Source: Candidatus Eiseniibacteriota bacterium
GTDB lineage: Bacteria; Eisenbacteria; RBG-16-71-46; CAZAMP01
Length of the DNA stretch: 64,000 nt
Direction of reading: 5' to 3'
Assembly (NCBI GenBank): GCA_965224245.1
Contig: OZ245046.1
Coordinates: 3,328,001-3,392,000 of the forward strand
Part shown: in pieces, positions 39,301 through 49,282 of the stretch
Layout of the letters: every line of letters starts with the position of its first letter
Position numbering within the stretch: the first letter of the stretch is position 1
The notes under the pieces: generated by a model
Seen by the model: only the letters and a program-made list of their open reading frames with translations
Database searches by the model: none
What the model was told of the DNA's origin: nothing
Translations under genes and position numbers: made by a program

Positions 39301-39373
39301 TGCGGAACACGGCCCGACACAGAGGTGGCATCCCCCACCTGCCCGTGGTCACGTTCAGGCGCGTTGGGCGGCG

Positions 39374-40927
39374 TCAGGCCCTTCGCGCGTCGGAGCGGAA
39401 GCCCGCGGTGTGGATCCGGCGAACCGTCTCGATCGTGTCGGCCTCGTCGGCGCTCTTGTCGTCCCGGTAGCGACGGACGCGCGCGAACCTCAAGGCCACA
39501 CCGCCGGCGTACTGCGGGCTGGCCTGCACGTCGTTGAACGCGACCTCCACCACGAGCTCGGGCCGAACGTGCACGACGTGCCCCTCGCGTCCGATCTCGC
39601 GCGCGAGCAGCGCCTCGGTCTGCCACCGGAGAACGGCGTCCGTCAAGCCCTTGAACGTCTTCCCCAGCATGACGAAGCCACCGTGATCGGGATCGCGGGC
39701 GCCGAGATGCAGGTTCGAGAGCAGGCCCCTGCGGCGGCCGTGTCCCCACTCGGCCGCGAGCACGACGAGGTCGAGCGTGTGAACCGGCTTGAGCTTTCGC
39801 CACGCACCGCCACGACTGCCCGCCTCGTAGACCGCGGCGAGAGACTTGACCATGATCCCCTCGTGTCCGTCGGCCATTGCCCGCGACAGGAACGCGTCGG
39901 CCTCCGCCGGCGAGCCGGCTCGCACCCGTGGCACCAGACAGGACCCCGCGACGTCGGCAAGCGCCCGCTCGCGCCGCGCGAGCGGCTCGTCCAGGAGGTC
40001 GGTGCCGTCGGCGTGAAGGAGGTCGAAGAAGAACGGCGTCAATGGAAGGGTCCTGGCCATCTCGTCCACATCGAGGCGCCGGCCGAAACGCCGCATCGTC
40101 ACCTGAAACGGCTCGGGCGCGCCCCCCGCGCCCAGCGCGAGCACCTCGCCGTCGAGCAGCGCGCGCCGGAGCGGCAACGCTCGCGCCGCGGTCACGACCT
40201 CCGGGACCGCCGCCGTCACCTCGCGCAGGCGGCGCGAGTACACCCGGACCTCGTCGCCGTCCTTGTGCACCTGGATCCGCGCGCCGTCCAGCTTGTACTC
40301 GAGGAGCGCATCAGCGGCGTCGTCCAGCGCCGTGTCCAGCGCCTCGGCGGGCTGGGCCAGCATCGGCTGGATCGGACGGAAGAGCTCGAGCCCGAACGCA
40401 CCCAGCGCCGCCACGCCACGCGTGAGCGCCGCGTGCGCGACGGTGGCCACGTCGCCGGTGACCGACACCGCCCGGCGAATGCGAGATGCGTCCGTGCCGC
40501 AGGCTCTCGCGACCGCTTCCACCATGATCCCGTCGAGCGCGCCCTGCCTCAGCTCACCGAGGACGAGGCGCGTCACGAACTCCTGCTCGCGGGTCGTGGC
40601 CTGCCGGAACAGGGCGTGGACCAGTCGGACACGTTCAGCCGACGACCCTTTCCCCGAGACCGAGGTGATCGCGTCGAACGCCTGATGGAGCTCGGTGATC
40701 GAGAGCGAGGGCGACTCCGCGGCCGGCACCTCGCGCGCCCCGGCCAGCGTGGCCGGACCCAGCCCGATCCGACCCTGCGGAAGACGTGCGCTCAGGTACG
40801 AGACCACCTGCCCGAGCTCGTGGGGCGCGGCCCGGCGAAGAAGCGAGGCCAGACGGTCGATCTTCTCCAGACGGCCGGACCGGCTCCCCACCGCCTCGTG
40901 GATCTCGACCAGTTCGATGAGCTGCAT
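39374..40927 (-). CDS. ATP-dependent DNA ligase (LigB/archaeal-like: DBD + adenylation + OB)
   Basis: PMLAQ, EYKLDGARIQVH (KxDG), LDGE, FFDLL, EGIMVK, WRKLK, LRFAR. Confidence 0.95.
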   Translation of the reverse strand: MQLIELVEIHEAVGSRSGRLEKIDRLASLLRRAAPHELGQVVSYLSARLPQGRIGLGPATLAGAREVPAAESPSLSITELHQAFDAITSVSGKGSSAERVRLVHALFRQATTREQEFVTRLVLGELRQGALDGIMVEAVARACGTDASRIRRAVSVTGDVATVAHAALTRGVAALGAFGLELFRPIQPMLAQPAEALDTALDDAADALLEYKLDGARIQVHKDGDEVRVYSRRLREVTAAVPEVVTAARALPLRRALLDGEVLALGAGGAPEPFQVTMRRFGRRLDVDEMARTLPLTPFFFDLLHADGTDLLDEPLARRERALADVAGSCLVPRVRAGSPAEADAFLSRAMADGHEGIMVKSLAAVYEAGSRGGAWRKLKPVHTLDLVVLAAEWGHGRRRGLLSNLHLGARDPDHGGFVMLGKTFKGLTDAVLRWQTEALLAREIGREGHVVHVRPELVVEVAFNDVQASPQYAGGVALRFARVRRYRDDKSADEADTIETVRRIHTAGFRSDARRA

Positions 40928-41011
40928 CGTCGGCTTTCCGCAACGAGAACGCCCGCCCCGCGGGACACCGCCGGGCGGGCGACTCCACCGATCCGACCGG
41001 CTCCGAGGAGA

Positions 41012-41617
41012 TTACCGGTACAGGTCCTTGATCGTCGACCACGACGCGTTGCGGACCGGTACCGCGTCGTTCCGGACGACCTCGACGTCCGTGGTGTAGA
41101 CGTAGTCGCCGGGCGTGCCACCGTCGAAGTTGGCCGCGTTGCCGGCGACAAAGAACCGGACCGTCCCCTCCGCCGGCGCCGTCCACTGGAAGCTCCACGA
41201 CACCGGGCCGTCCGACGTGCCCGCGAACGTCCCCTCGGACGTCTGCTTGACGAAGTCACGGTCGCCGAAGTCGGAGAGCTGCGTGTTGGTCGCGTCGGTG
41301 ATCGCGAACGAGCCGATGCGGTTGTCGTCGGGACCGACCGCGGTGATCTCGAAGCCCCAGCGCATCTGCCCCGGATCGTCGAGAACGACGCTCAGGTCGT
41401 AGGTCACACCGGCATCGTACGCCTCCGGCAGTCCCTCGATGGTCAGCGTGCCGTCGCCGGAGTTCAGAGGAAACGAGCTGTGGCACAGCACGCACGTGTC
41501 GTCGAAGGGCGGGTTGCCGGCATAGTCGTCCGGCGGGCCGCTGGAGAACGCGAGCGCGGACGCGGCGCACACGATCGACGCGGTCGACACGAGCGTGAAC
41601 CTGGTAACGATCTGCAT
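41012..41617 (-). CDS. Small secreted Reeler-like / choice-of-anchor V protein with one CxxCH and a WSTIKDLYR tail
   Basis: Signal peptide; FSSGPP, TCVLCH, GFEITA, WSFQWTAP, FFVAGNAAN, GDYVYT. Confidence 0.75.
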   Translation of the reverse strand: MQIVTRFTLVSTASIVCAASALAFSSGPPDDYAGNPPFDDTCVLCHSSFPLNSGDGTLTIEGLPEAYDAGVTYDLSVVLDDPGQMRWGFEITAVGPDDNRIGSFAITDATNTQLSDFGDRDFVKQTSEGTFAGTSDGPVSWSFQWTAPAEGTVRFFVAGNAANFDGGTPGDYVYTTDVEVVRNDAVPVRNASWSTIKDLYR

Positions 41618-41886
41618 GGGGATCCTCCGACGACGTGGTGTCCAAGGTTGAGCAAACGAGGAAGGTCGCCTCGACAGCGACGACCGGACGATTATCGCAC
41701 AGGCCGGTGTTTTCGATCACGTGGTCAGCGCTCGAACCCGGTCCGCGAGACGCTACGGGATTCTACCTCGTCGCGATCCCGCGCGTGCCCCGAAACTCTG
41801 GACAGCGAAGGACTTCGGGGCGCGCGGATCTGCGCCCCGGAGGGGAGCCCCGACGCAGGGGGCGGCTCATCTCGATCGGTGTTCGA

Positions 41887-42987
41887 TCACGGGAAGCGAA
41901 CCGGATCGCCGAGCTCGTCGAGTCGGGGCTCGACACCGAGGCCGGGCGCCGACGGCGCTGAGAACCGGCCGTCGACGCGGCGGGGAGCACCGGTGGCGAT
42001 CGACCGCGTGACGTAGCTGTTGAAGTCGGTGCTGGAGAAGCGATGTCGCTCGGGTGTGCTGTGGGCCAGATGCGCGATGGCCGCGGTGACCACGTCCCCG
42101 CCCCAGCTGTCCTCGATCGTCATCGCGATCCCGTGCTCAACGCAGAGATCGCGTGCCCGGCGAGCCTTGGTGAGCCCGCCGAGCTTGCTGATTTTGACGT
42201 TCACGACGTCCATCGCGCGATCGGCGATCGCCCGCGTCAGCATCCCGAGCGAGTCGATCGACTCGTCCAGGATGAACGGCCGCGAGGTGCGCCGACGTAT
42301 CGAGAGACACTCGTCGTACGAGGCGCACGGCTGCTCGATGTACACGTCGAGGTCGGACACCGCACTGACCACGCGTGCGGCCTCGTGGGGCAGCCATCCC
42401 CGATTCGCGTCGGCGACCAGCACGTCGCCGGCGTCGAGCACGTCGCGAACGGCCCGGATGCGCGCCACGTCGTCGGCCGGATCGCCGCCGACCTTCAGCT
42501 GGAATCGGCGATACCCCTCCCGGCGGTAGCGTTCCACGCTGGCCGCCATCGCCGAGGGCGTATCCTGGGAGATCGCGCGATACAAGAGGACGTCCCCGCC
42601 ATCGCGCCCGCCGAGGAGGTCGCACACGGGGAGCCCGGCGACCCTTCCCAGGATGTCCCAGCACGCCACGTCGACGGCGGACTTCACGTAGGCGTGCCCC
42701 TCGAGACACGCGTCCATTCGCCGGACGAGGACGTCGAGCCGTGTGGGATCGGCGCCGATGAGCGAGGGGGCGATCTCGGCGAGACCGGCGCGGACCCCGG
42801 CGGCGTAGGCCGGCAGGTACACCGGTCCCAGGGGACACACCTCGCCGACGCCGGCGATGCCGGCGTCGGTGCTCACGACGACGACCGTGGAGTCGAAGAC
42901 GTCCACGCTCTTCCCCTCCGACCAGGCATATCGCCCCTCGTGGAGCGGCAGATCGACCTGATGAACGTCAATGCGAGTGATGCGCAT
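41887..42987 (-). CDS. Enolase-superfamily enzyme (MR/MLE), cis-3-hydroxyproline dehydratase / hydroxyproline-betaine epimerase-like
   Basis: [26 protein letters not shown], metal ligands in DAN, EQP and [20 protein letters not shown]. Confidence 0.88.
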   Translation of the reverse strand: MRITRIDVHQVDLPLHEGRYAWSEGKSVDVFDSTVVVVSTDAGIAGVGEVCPLGPVYLPAYAAGVRAGLAEIAPSLIGADPTRLDVLVRRMDACLEGHAYVKSAVDVACWDILGRVAGLPVCDLLGGRDGGDVLLYRAISQDTPSAMAASVERYRREGYRRFQLKVGGDPADDVARIRAVRDVLDAGDVLVADANRGWLPHEAARVVSAVSDLDVYIEQPCASYDECLSIRRRTSRPFILDESIDSLGMLTRAIADRAMDVVNVKISKLGGLTKARRARDLCVEHGIAMTIEDSWGGDVVTAAIAHLAHSTPERHRFSSTDFNSYVTRSIATGAPRRVDGRFSAPSAPGLGVEPRLDELGDPVRFP

Positions 42988-43283
42988 CCTCGGGCTCCTG
43001 GGCTCTCGAGGCCCGGTTGCGGGGGACCGATGCCGGCTCGTTCGAGGGGATCGGGATCCATGCGACCCGCACGACGACGCACGCGTGCGGCCGTGCACCG
43101 GCCGGCGTGGTGCGGTTCGCGGAGGATCTGCTGGAGTCGGGAACGCTCACGACGCCCCGATCCGACGCGGTGACCGCGACACTCCTGGACCCATCCGACG
43201 GCAGCCTGTCAGAGGCGTCGTGAGCCATTCGGCCATCCCCCGGCGAGGCCGGCCTCATCGCGACGAGCCTTGCACGATCGCGG

Positions 43284-43811
43284 CTAGCGCGACCGCGCCT
43301 TGCGCGACCGTCGGGATGACGCCCTTCTCGATCCCGCCTTGCCTCGCCGTTTGCTGCCGGCCTTCTTTCGCCGGGACTTGCCGGAGAGCCGCTCGCGGGC
43401 CGCCGGCGCGTCGAGCTGCAGTGCGTCCTTCAACGCCGCCTCGCTGTTCCCGCGAAACGTGAGGCGCCCGCCCTTGCTCTCCCACAGGAACACCGCCTGT
43501 GCGGACACGCCCAGCAACTCGCCAAACTCCGCCTGCGTGAGGGACAGCTTCTTGCGTAGCGACCGGACGCTGCGAGAGGTCATGCGGAACTCCTCGGCCG
43601 GAGGAGGCTCTCCCGCCGCCTTCGCCAGGCGCGTCAGCGCCGAGGCCATGCGCTTCTGCTCCGCCTTGAGTCCGGACACCTCTTTTCGCAGACTGGCAAC
43701 CGTACCCCGCAACGTCGCATTGCTCTTCTCGAGGCGAGCGGTCGCGTTGCGTGCTTCCTTGCGCGAGAGACGGCTGATCTCTTCCTTCAGGACCTTGGCG
43801 ACGTTCGGCAT
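43284..43811 (-). CDS. XRE/YiaG-type helix-turn-helix protein with N-terminal coiled coil and basic tail
   Basis: MPNVAKVLKEEISRLSRKE; VRSLRKKLSLTQAEFGELLGVSAQAVFLWE; GGAG RBS. Confidence 0.85.
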   Translation of the reverse strand: MPNVAKVLKEEISRLSRKEARNATARLEKSNATLRGTVASLRKEVSGLKAEQKRMASALTRLAKAAGEPPPAEEFRMTSRSVRSLRKKLSLTQAEFGELLGVSAQAVFLWESKGGRLTFRGNSEAALKDALQLDAPAARERLSGKSRRKKAGSKRRGKAGSRRASSRRSRKARSR

Positions 43812-44369
43812 CTTGACTCCATCTCGACGCGCGCACTCGCGCTCGGGCGACACGCATGCGGCTCGGTGAAACGCTCACCCGTCCGAGAACGACGATGGCG
43901 AGGGTCAGCGACATGATACGGATCGGCGCAGTCTAGCAGCCTCGTGTCGTGACGTCGCCCACCGTGCCGACCAGACGCATCGAGAAGGCGACTCTCTCCA
44001 TCTCGACGACGCGCGGGAAGCCCACGCCATGTTCGGAGAAGACGCTCTCATACCGATCCGTCCCACACGAAACCCGACTCCTGGACACGTCGACGGTTTC
44101 ACGCGCCAGAATGAACGGGACTCGCATATCGGAGTCCTCTTTGGCCAAGCGGCATGTGAGTGCGCGCCGTTCACAGTCCGCGTAGACCGCCACGCCGGAT
44201 GCGCGGATCACCGGTGACCCGGAAGGCGCCGAGCCCGTCGCTCAGCGAGATGAAGCCGATCACGGCGGTCTGCCTCCCCACGGACGCCGCACCCGATCGA
44301 CGCGGTTGTCAGTCTGGCCGCGCCGCTTCGATCCTCAATGGGCATCGTCCGGTCCGGGGATCGCGTCGA

Positions 44370-46940
44370 TCAGGGCACCCGTACGAACGACGTCGTCGTC
44401 GACTCCGAGCCCGCCTGGATCCGGACGACGTACACGCCCGCCGGGGTCGGCCGGCCACGAGCGTCCCGTCCGTCCCATCCGAGCGTCCGCGCGCCCGCGA
44501 GGACACGCCCGTCGACGAGCGTGGCCACGGCGCGTCCGGCGACGTCGTAGATGCTCACCGTCACCGGCCGCGGCGGCTCGGGAACGTGGACGCGAATCGC
44601 ATCGGACGGACCGAAGGGATTCGGTACGACACCGACGAGCCGCGCGCCGCCGGGTGCGCTCGTCGACGGCGGGGGATCGATCGGCGTGACGGGCTCCTGG
44701 TAGGCGCGAACCGACACGTCGTCGAGCGCCGCCTCGACGATGTCCTCGCCGCCATCGTCGGACGCCGCGAAACGCAGCCGGACCTGGCTCGTGAGCGAGA
44801 TCATGTCGGAGAGCTCGCGATCCACGCGCTCCCACCAGCGCCGGTTCTCCCCCAGACGCTCGATCTCGATCCACGTCGCGCCGCCGTCCGGAGAGGCGCT
44901 CACGACCCACTCGTCGCTTCCGGACCCCGCGAAGGCGCTGTTCGAAAACCAGCGATGGTAGGTGAGCCGCGCGTTCGGCTGGCCGCTCAGGTCGAGCGGC
45001 GGGCTCTCGAGCGTCGTTCGTCCGCCGTCGACGTCCGCCTCGCCGATCGGCGATCCGGCGGGCGCGTTGCCGGTGACGTAGCACAGAACGGCGTCGTCGC
45101 CCGGCGTGTGATCGAACTCGGGCTGCACCGGTCGCCCGAGCTCCTGCCCGGTGGCGATGGGATCCGCGAGCGTCCAGAGCCCCGACGTCGCACCGTCGCC
45201 GGGAACCCGCGCGCGCCAGCCGTACGTCGACTCGAAGTCGTCCTCGAAGAGCGTCGTGATCGTGCCCACGAAGAACGCGTGCGTCTCCCCGGGTGCGCCC
45301 GGTGGATCGGTCGTCCGGTTGCTCTCGACGTCGACCGCGACGAGGTAGTACTCGACCCAGCGTCCGGCCGGCTTTGCGGGGATGAAGGCCTCGTACACGT
45401 CGCCGGCTCCGGTGGCGGTCAGCGCCGACCGTTCGCTCACTCCGTCGACCGCGTAGTGGACGTGGAGCGAGTCCGCATCCAGCGGCTCCGGGGACCGGAT
45501 GCGTGCCACCACTCGATACGGTGCCGACGTGTCCTCGGTGTCCGGAAGGGGCTCGTGTCCGATCGACAGGCGGAGCAGGTCGGCCAGCGTGGCCAGGAAC
45601 GCCACGCCGAGCCGCACCGTCTGGTGGGCGAGGAGCGGCTGGTTGTAGCTCGGCCCCACCCGGTCCCGGTTCGTGTGGATGAAGGGCGAGGGCCTCTGGC
45701 CGTCCTCGAAGAACATGACCGCGGGATACCCGCCCTGCCAGAACGACGCATGGTCGCTCGTGCCGGCCGGGATGTGCCCGTCCTCGAGAGGAAGGCCCGG
45801 CACGTACGTCGCGCCGACCTCGACCATCAGATCGCGCAGCGCGGGATGGAGCGCGTCGGAGATGATCGTCATGTCGAGATCGGACGTCTCGGAGTAGCCG
45901 ATCATGTCGGCGTTCAGCATGGCCACGACGTCGAGGTCCCGGCCGATCGCGATCTCGTGCACCCACGCCTGGCTTCCGAGAAGACCCAGCTCCTCGGCTC
46001 CGAACGCGATGAAGACGAGCGTGCGCGCGTACTGCTCGCGCGAGAGCACGCGCGCGGCCTCGAGGACGAGCGCGGTTCCCGACGCGTTGTCGTCGGCCCC
46101 GGGGGCGTCGGCGGTCGAGCCCGCCGCGTACGAGTCGTAGTGCGCGCCCACGATCACGATCTCGTCGGGACGGGTGACGCCGGGGATCACGGCAACCACG
46201 TTGGGCGCGTACACGCCGTCCGTCCAGTCGTGGACTCCGACGCTGTCGATGCCGTAGGAGGCCAGCTCCGCGCGGACGTACTCGGCCGCGGCGAAGCCGC
46301 CCTCGGAGGGAGCGTAGCGAGTCCCGAAGTCCTGGAGGCGCGCGACGTGGGAGTCGATCCGTGCACCGGAGACCGAGTCGGTCATCGCCTCGATCGCGGG
46401 AACGAGCGCGACGCGTGCCGGCCAGGACGGCGGCATGTCACGAGGCGGTCGACACGGTGCCAGCGTCAGGCGAGCGACCTCGAAGCCGGCGTCGAGTACG
46501 TCTCGCAGGCGCGATTCCGGAACGTCGACGACTGCTCGTCCACGATCGGCCCACAAGACACGTGAGCGTGAGGCGAGCTCGTCGACCCGCCACGGCGGGA
46601 CGGGAGAGACGACGTAGTACGTGGCCTCCTCCAGGTGTCGATCGATCTCGAGCGATGGATGTCCGGCGGCGCGCAGACGATCGACGTCGTCCTCGCTCGC
46701 GACCGCGAGGAGAAAGTCGCCCGCGTTCCACACGACGACGATGCCACGGTCGACGAGGTCGGCGAGCGTGCTCGGCGTGTCGGCATCGACGACGACCAAT
46801 CGCGAGTCGAGCACTCGGGCGTCGATCGCTGGCGAGTCGATCGGTCGCGAATCGGCGAAGCGGATGTCCTTCGCGTGCGAGGCCGATGGCATCGACACGA
46901 GGAGCGTGAGCAGCACGGCAGTCGGAAGGGGCGCTTGCAT
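44370..46940 (-). CDS. Secreted M28 family metallopeptidase with accessory domains and FlgD-Ig C-terminal domain
   Basis: GAHYDS, GADDNASG, AEELGLLGS, NADMIG, SDHASF, IHT..D; PNPF...IYDVAGR...WDGRD. Confidence 0.92.
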   Translation of the reverse strand: MQAPLPTAVLLTLLVSMPSASHAKDIRFADSRPIDSPAIDARVLDSRLVVVDADTPSTLADLVDRGIVVVWNAGDFLLAVASEDDVDRLRAAGHPSLEIDRHLEEATYYVVSPVPPWRVDELASRSRVLWADRGRAVVDVPESRLRDVLDAGFEVARLTLAPCRPPRDMPPSWPARVALVPAIEAMTDSVSGARIDSHVARLQDFGTRYAPSEGGFAAAEYVRAELASYGIDSVGVHDWTDGVYAPNVVAVIPGVTRPDEIVIVGAHYDSYAAGSTADAPGADDNASGTALVLEAARVLSREQYARTLVFIAFGAEELGLLGSQAWVHEIAIGRDLDVVAMLNADMIGYSETSDLDMTIISDALHPALRDLMVEVGATYVPGLPLEDGHIPAGTSDHASFWQGGYPAVMFFEDGQRPSPFIHTNRDRVGPSYNQPLLAHQTVRLGVAFLATLADLLRLSIGHEPLPDTEDTSAPYRVVARIRSPEPLDADSLHVHYAVDGVSERSALTATGAGDVYEAFIPAKPAGRWVEYYLVAVDVESNRTTDPPGAPGETHAFFVGTITTLFEDDFESTYGWRARVPGDGATSGLWTLADPIATGQELGRPVQPEFDHTPGDDAVLCYVTGNAPAGSPIGEADVDGGRTTLESPPLDLSGQPNARLTYHRWFSNSAFAGSGSDEWVVSASPDGGATWIEIERLGENRRWWERVDRELSDMISLTSQVRLRFAASDDGGEDIVEAALDDVSVRAYQEPVTPIDPPPSTSAPGGARLVGVVPNPFGPSDAIRVHVPEPPRPVTVSIYDVAGRAVATLVDGRVLAGARTLGWDGRDARGRPTPAGVYVVRIQAGSESTTTSFVRVP

Positions 46941-47127
46941 GGACGGCTCCCACGTGGGTGAACCCGATGATGGCCCCCGGACAAGTCCGTGTTCGAGTGT
47001 ACCCGGAGGAGTCCATCGATCGCCAGCGCGACCGACGTCGCCCACGTCAGGCGAGTGCTGCTAGGATGGAGACAGGCGCGCCGGGGCGATGTGAAGCGTG
47101 TTCGACGGAGCCACCAGGAGGTCGACC

Positions 47128-48210
47128 ATGCGTGGGCGCGCATCGTTGCGTCTGATCGCGATCGGTGTCGGCTGCCTGCCGGTACCCGCGGACTCGAAGG
47201 ATGACCCGCCTGTAGCCCCGCCTCCGGCGACGATGGACGCTACCGGCGTTCCGACGGAGTATCCAGCATACGCAACGACCGAGCGCCGGTACTCGGACCC
47301 CACACCGACGCCCGGCGCGGCGGGGATCCTCGAGGAAGACGACGCGCTGTGCAGCCTCACGAGGCTCTTTCTCGGCTCGACGGCGACCTACGCCGGCACC
47401 GTACTCTCGTCCGAGCTGGTGCACGTGAGCCCGCTCGACGAGATGGCCCGGGAGGCGATCGACTCGCAGATCCGCTGGGGGCGACGCACCCCGATCCACG
47501 GCGCGGGGATACTCGAGGACCTCGTCCAGGTCGTGGAGCTGCGTGTCGACTGGAGCGTGCCGCACGACGACGCGGAGGTGATTCTGCTGGTGAGCCTCGC
47601 GGGCACGTATTACCTCGACGGCCTCGCCCTCATCACCGTGACGAATCCCAAGTCTTTGGCGCCGGGCGACCGGATCCTGGCCTTCGCTCGCCCGATCGAG
47701 GTCGCCGAGTACCCGGATGCCTGGCACGTCTGTAGTACCACCCACCGTCGCCTCGATCGCGTGGCCGACGAGGCGTCCGAGACGCTCGTGCGGGATCGAA
47801 TCGAGGCCCTGGCGGATGCCAGTGCGAACGCCTTCGCACAGCGATCCAGCCGGGAACGGCTGGGGTGGATCGAGGGGTCCGTCACCGGCTTCGTGAAGTC
47901 GTACGAGCCCGAACGAGGTGCGTCGTACACGATGACGCTCGACGACGTGCATGCTCGCGACGGCGCGTTCGACGTCCCGTCCCCGCTGGACGTGCTGTTC
48001 TCTCGACTGACGAGGAACCCGATCGGACTCCTGCCGTGCGGGATCTCACCCGACGTGGAGCGCGGACAGTTCGTTCTGCTGTCGCTGTGCCGGGCGGCGG
48101 ATGGCTCGTACTACGCCTGCGAGGATGCGTGGGGATTGCTGCGTGAAGAAGCCGCCGCTGGAGCCGAGATGGAGAAGACGTTGTGGCGCGGTGCACGATT
48201 CGTGAGGTAG
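47128..48210 (+). CDS. Hypothetical secreted protein (possible tandem OB/NTR-like beta domains)
   Basis: AGGAGG RBS before ATG 47128; short hydrophobic N-terminus, Pro/Thr linker; no family recognised. Confidence 0.6.
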   Translation: MRGRASLRLIAIGVGCLPVPADSKDDPPVAPPPATMDATGVPTEYPAYATTERRYSDPTPTPGAAGILEEDDALCSLTRLFLGSTATYAGTVLSSELVHVSPLDEMAREAIDSQIRWGRRTPIHGAGILEDLVQVVELRVDWSVPHDDAEVILLVSLAGTYYLDGLALITVTNPKSLAPGDRILAFARPIEVAEYPDAWHVCSTTHRRLDRVADEASETLVRDRIEALADASANAFAQRSSRERLGWIEGSVTGFVKSYEPERGASYTMTLDDVHARDGAFDVPSPLDVLFSRLTRNPIGLLPCGISPDVERGQFVLLSLCRAADGSYYACEDAWGLLREEAAAGAEMEKTLWRGARFVR

Positions 48211-48447
48211 CGAGCGCGGTCGTGCTCGCGTCGATCGCGTGCGAGGCCTCACCCGCGTACCCGGCGCAGGCGCCCGTGTCACCAGAGCCTTGACCCCGCG
48301 AGGCGGCTCGTCGAACATCCTCGCCGTCGAGCCCATCGAGAACGTGATCGCCAGCACGTCGTCGTCGATCGCGACTTCGAGCCACTCTCCACGTACGACT
48401 GGCGAGAACGGGTCGTCCGAATCGCCGCGACGAGCGGGGGGAACACC

Positions 48448-49146
48448 GTGAGACAGAAGCCGTGGCAGAAGAAGGTGATTCGCCAGCTACCAACGTACGG
48501 GGGGCGGCTCGTCATCTTCTGCGGTCAGGGCAACGAGCCGATGCTCAGCGTCCTGCGATCGCACGTGCGGAGCTCCTCGGGAATCTGCCTGACGCTGGCG
48601 AAGAAGTGGATGTGCGAGCTGAGCAACGGACGCGACTTCTGGGACTGGATGATGCCCGGAGGTCAGCTGAACGCGGCCGCGGCCGCGAGCATCACGATCC
48701 AGCACGTCGACAAGGGACGGGCCGACGTCCCCGAGACGACCTCGGGTCAGCGGGCGCCGAGCCACTCCGGGACCACCGATGCGCAGTTCCTCGCGTTCTA
48801 CGGTCAGCTCGAGTCGTCCAAGCTGGTCATTCCGGGCGGCGCCAGCGGGTTCGGAAACCCTCCGGCGGGCGAAGTCCCCGCGGCGCTCGGCGCCGTCGTC
48901 CGGGACAAGCGACCTCCGGCCCAGGCCTATGCCCTGTTCAACATGCACGCCGACGGAGCGTCCGGACACTCGGTCGCCGCCGAGGCGATGAACTACGGCA
49001 TGGTCAGGTTCTACGACCCCAACATCGGAGAGATGGTCTTCGAGCGCGCGGACAGCTTCGCGGGCTGGATGGCCGACGTGCTCGGCAGCGAGGTCTACCA
49101 GACGTACACGGCCTTCAACTACCGGTGGTACAGCCGCTCGAGCTGA
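48448..49146 (+). CDS. YopT/AvrPphB-type (C58) cysteine protease domain protein
   Basis: GICLTLAKKW (Cys), GHSVAA (His), FYDPNIGE (Asp) in canonical order. Confidence 0.75.
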   Translation: MRQKPWQKKVIRQLPTYGGRLVIFCGQGNEPMLSVLRSHVRSSSGICLTLAKKWMCELSNGRDFWDWMMPGGQLNAAAAASITIQHVDKGRADVPETTSGQRAPSHSGTTDAQFLAFYGQLESSKLVIPGGASGFGNPPAGEVPAALGAVVRDKRPPAQAYALFNMHADGASGHSVAAEAMNYGMVRFYDPNIGEMVFERADSFAGWMADVLGSEVYQTYTAFNYRWYSRSS

Positions 49147-49256
49147 TCGGGTTCCCGGCTGTACATGCCGGGGTCAGAACGCATTCTCCGGGGGAAGGGC
49201 CGGTCTCTGCATTCTCGGTCCGCTTCCGGCGAGCATCGACGTGGCGTTCTCATCGG

Positions 49257-49282
49257 CGAACGTGTACCCGGGTACACGTTCG
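49257..49282. repeat. Perfect 26-bp palindrome within a 60-nt extended hairpin
   Basis: CGAACGTGTACCC|GGGTACACGTTCG, flanked by GTGGCGTT (49241-248) and AACGCCAC (49293-300). Confidence 0.85.
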
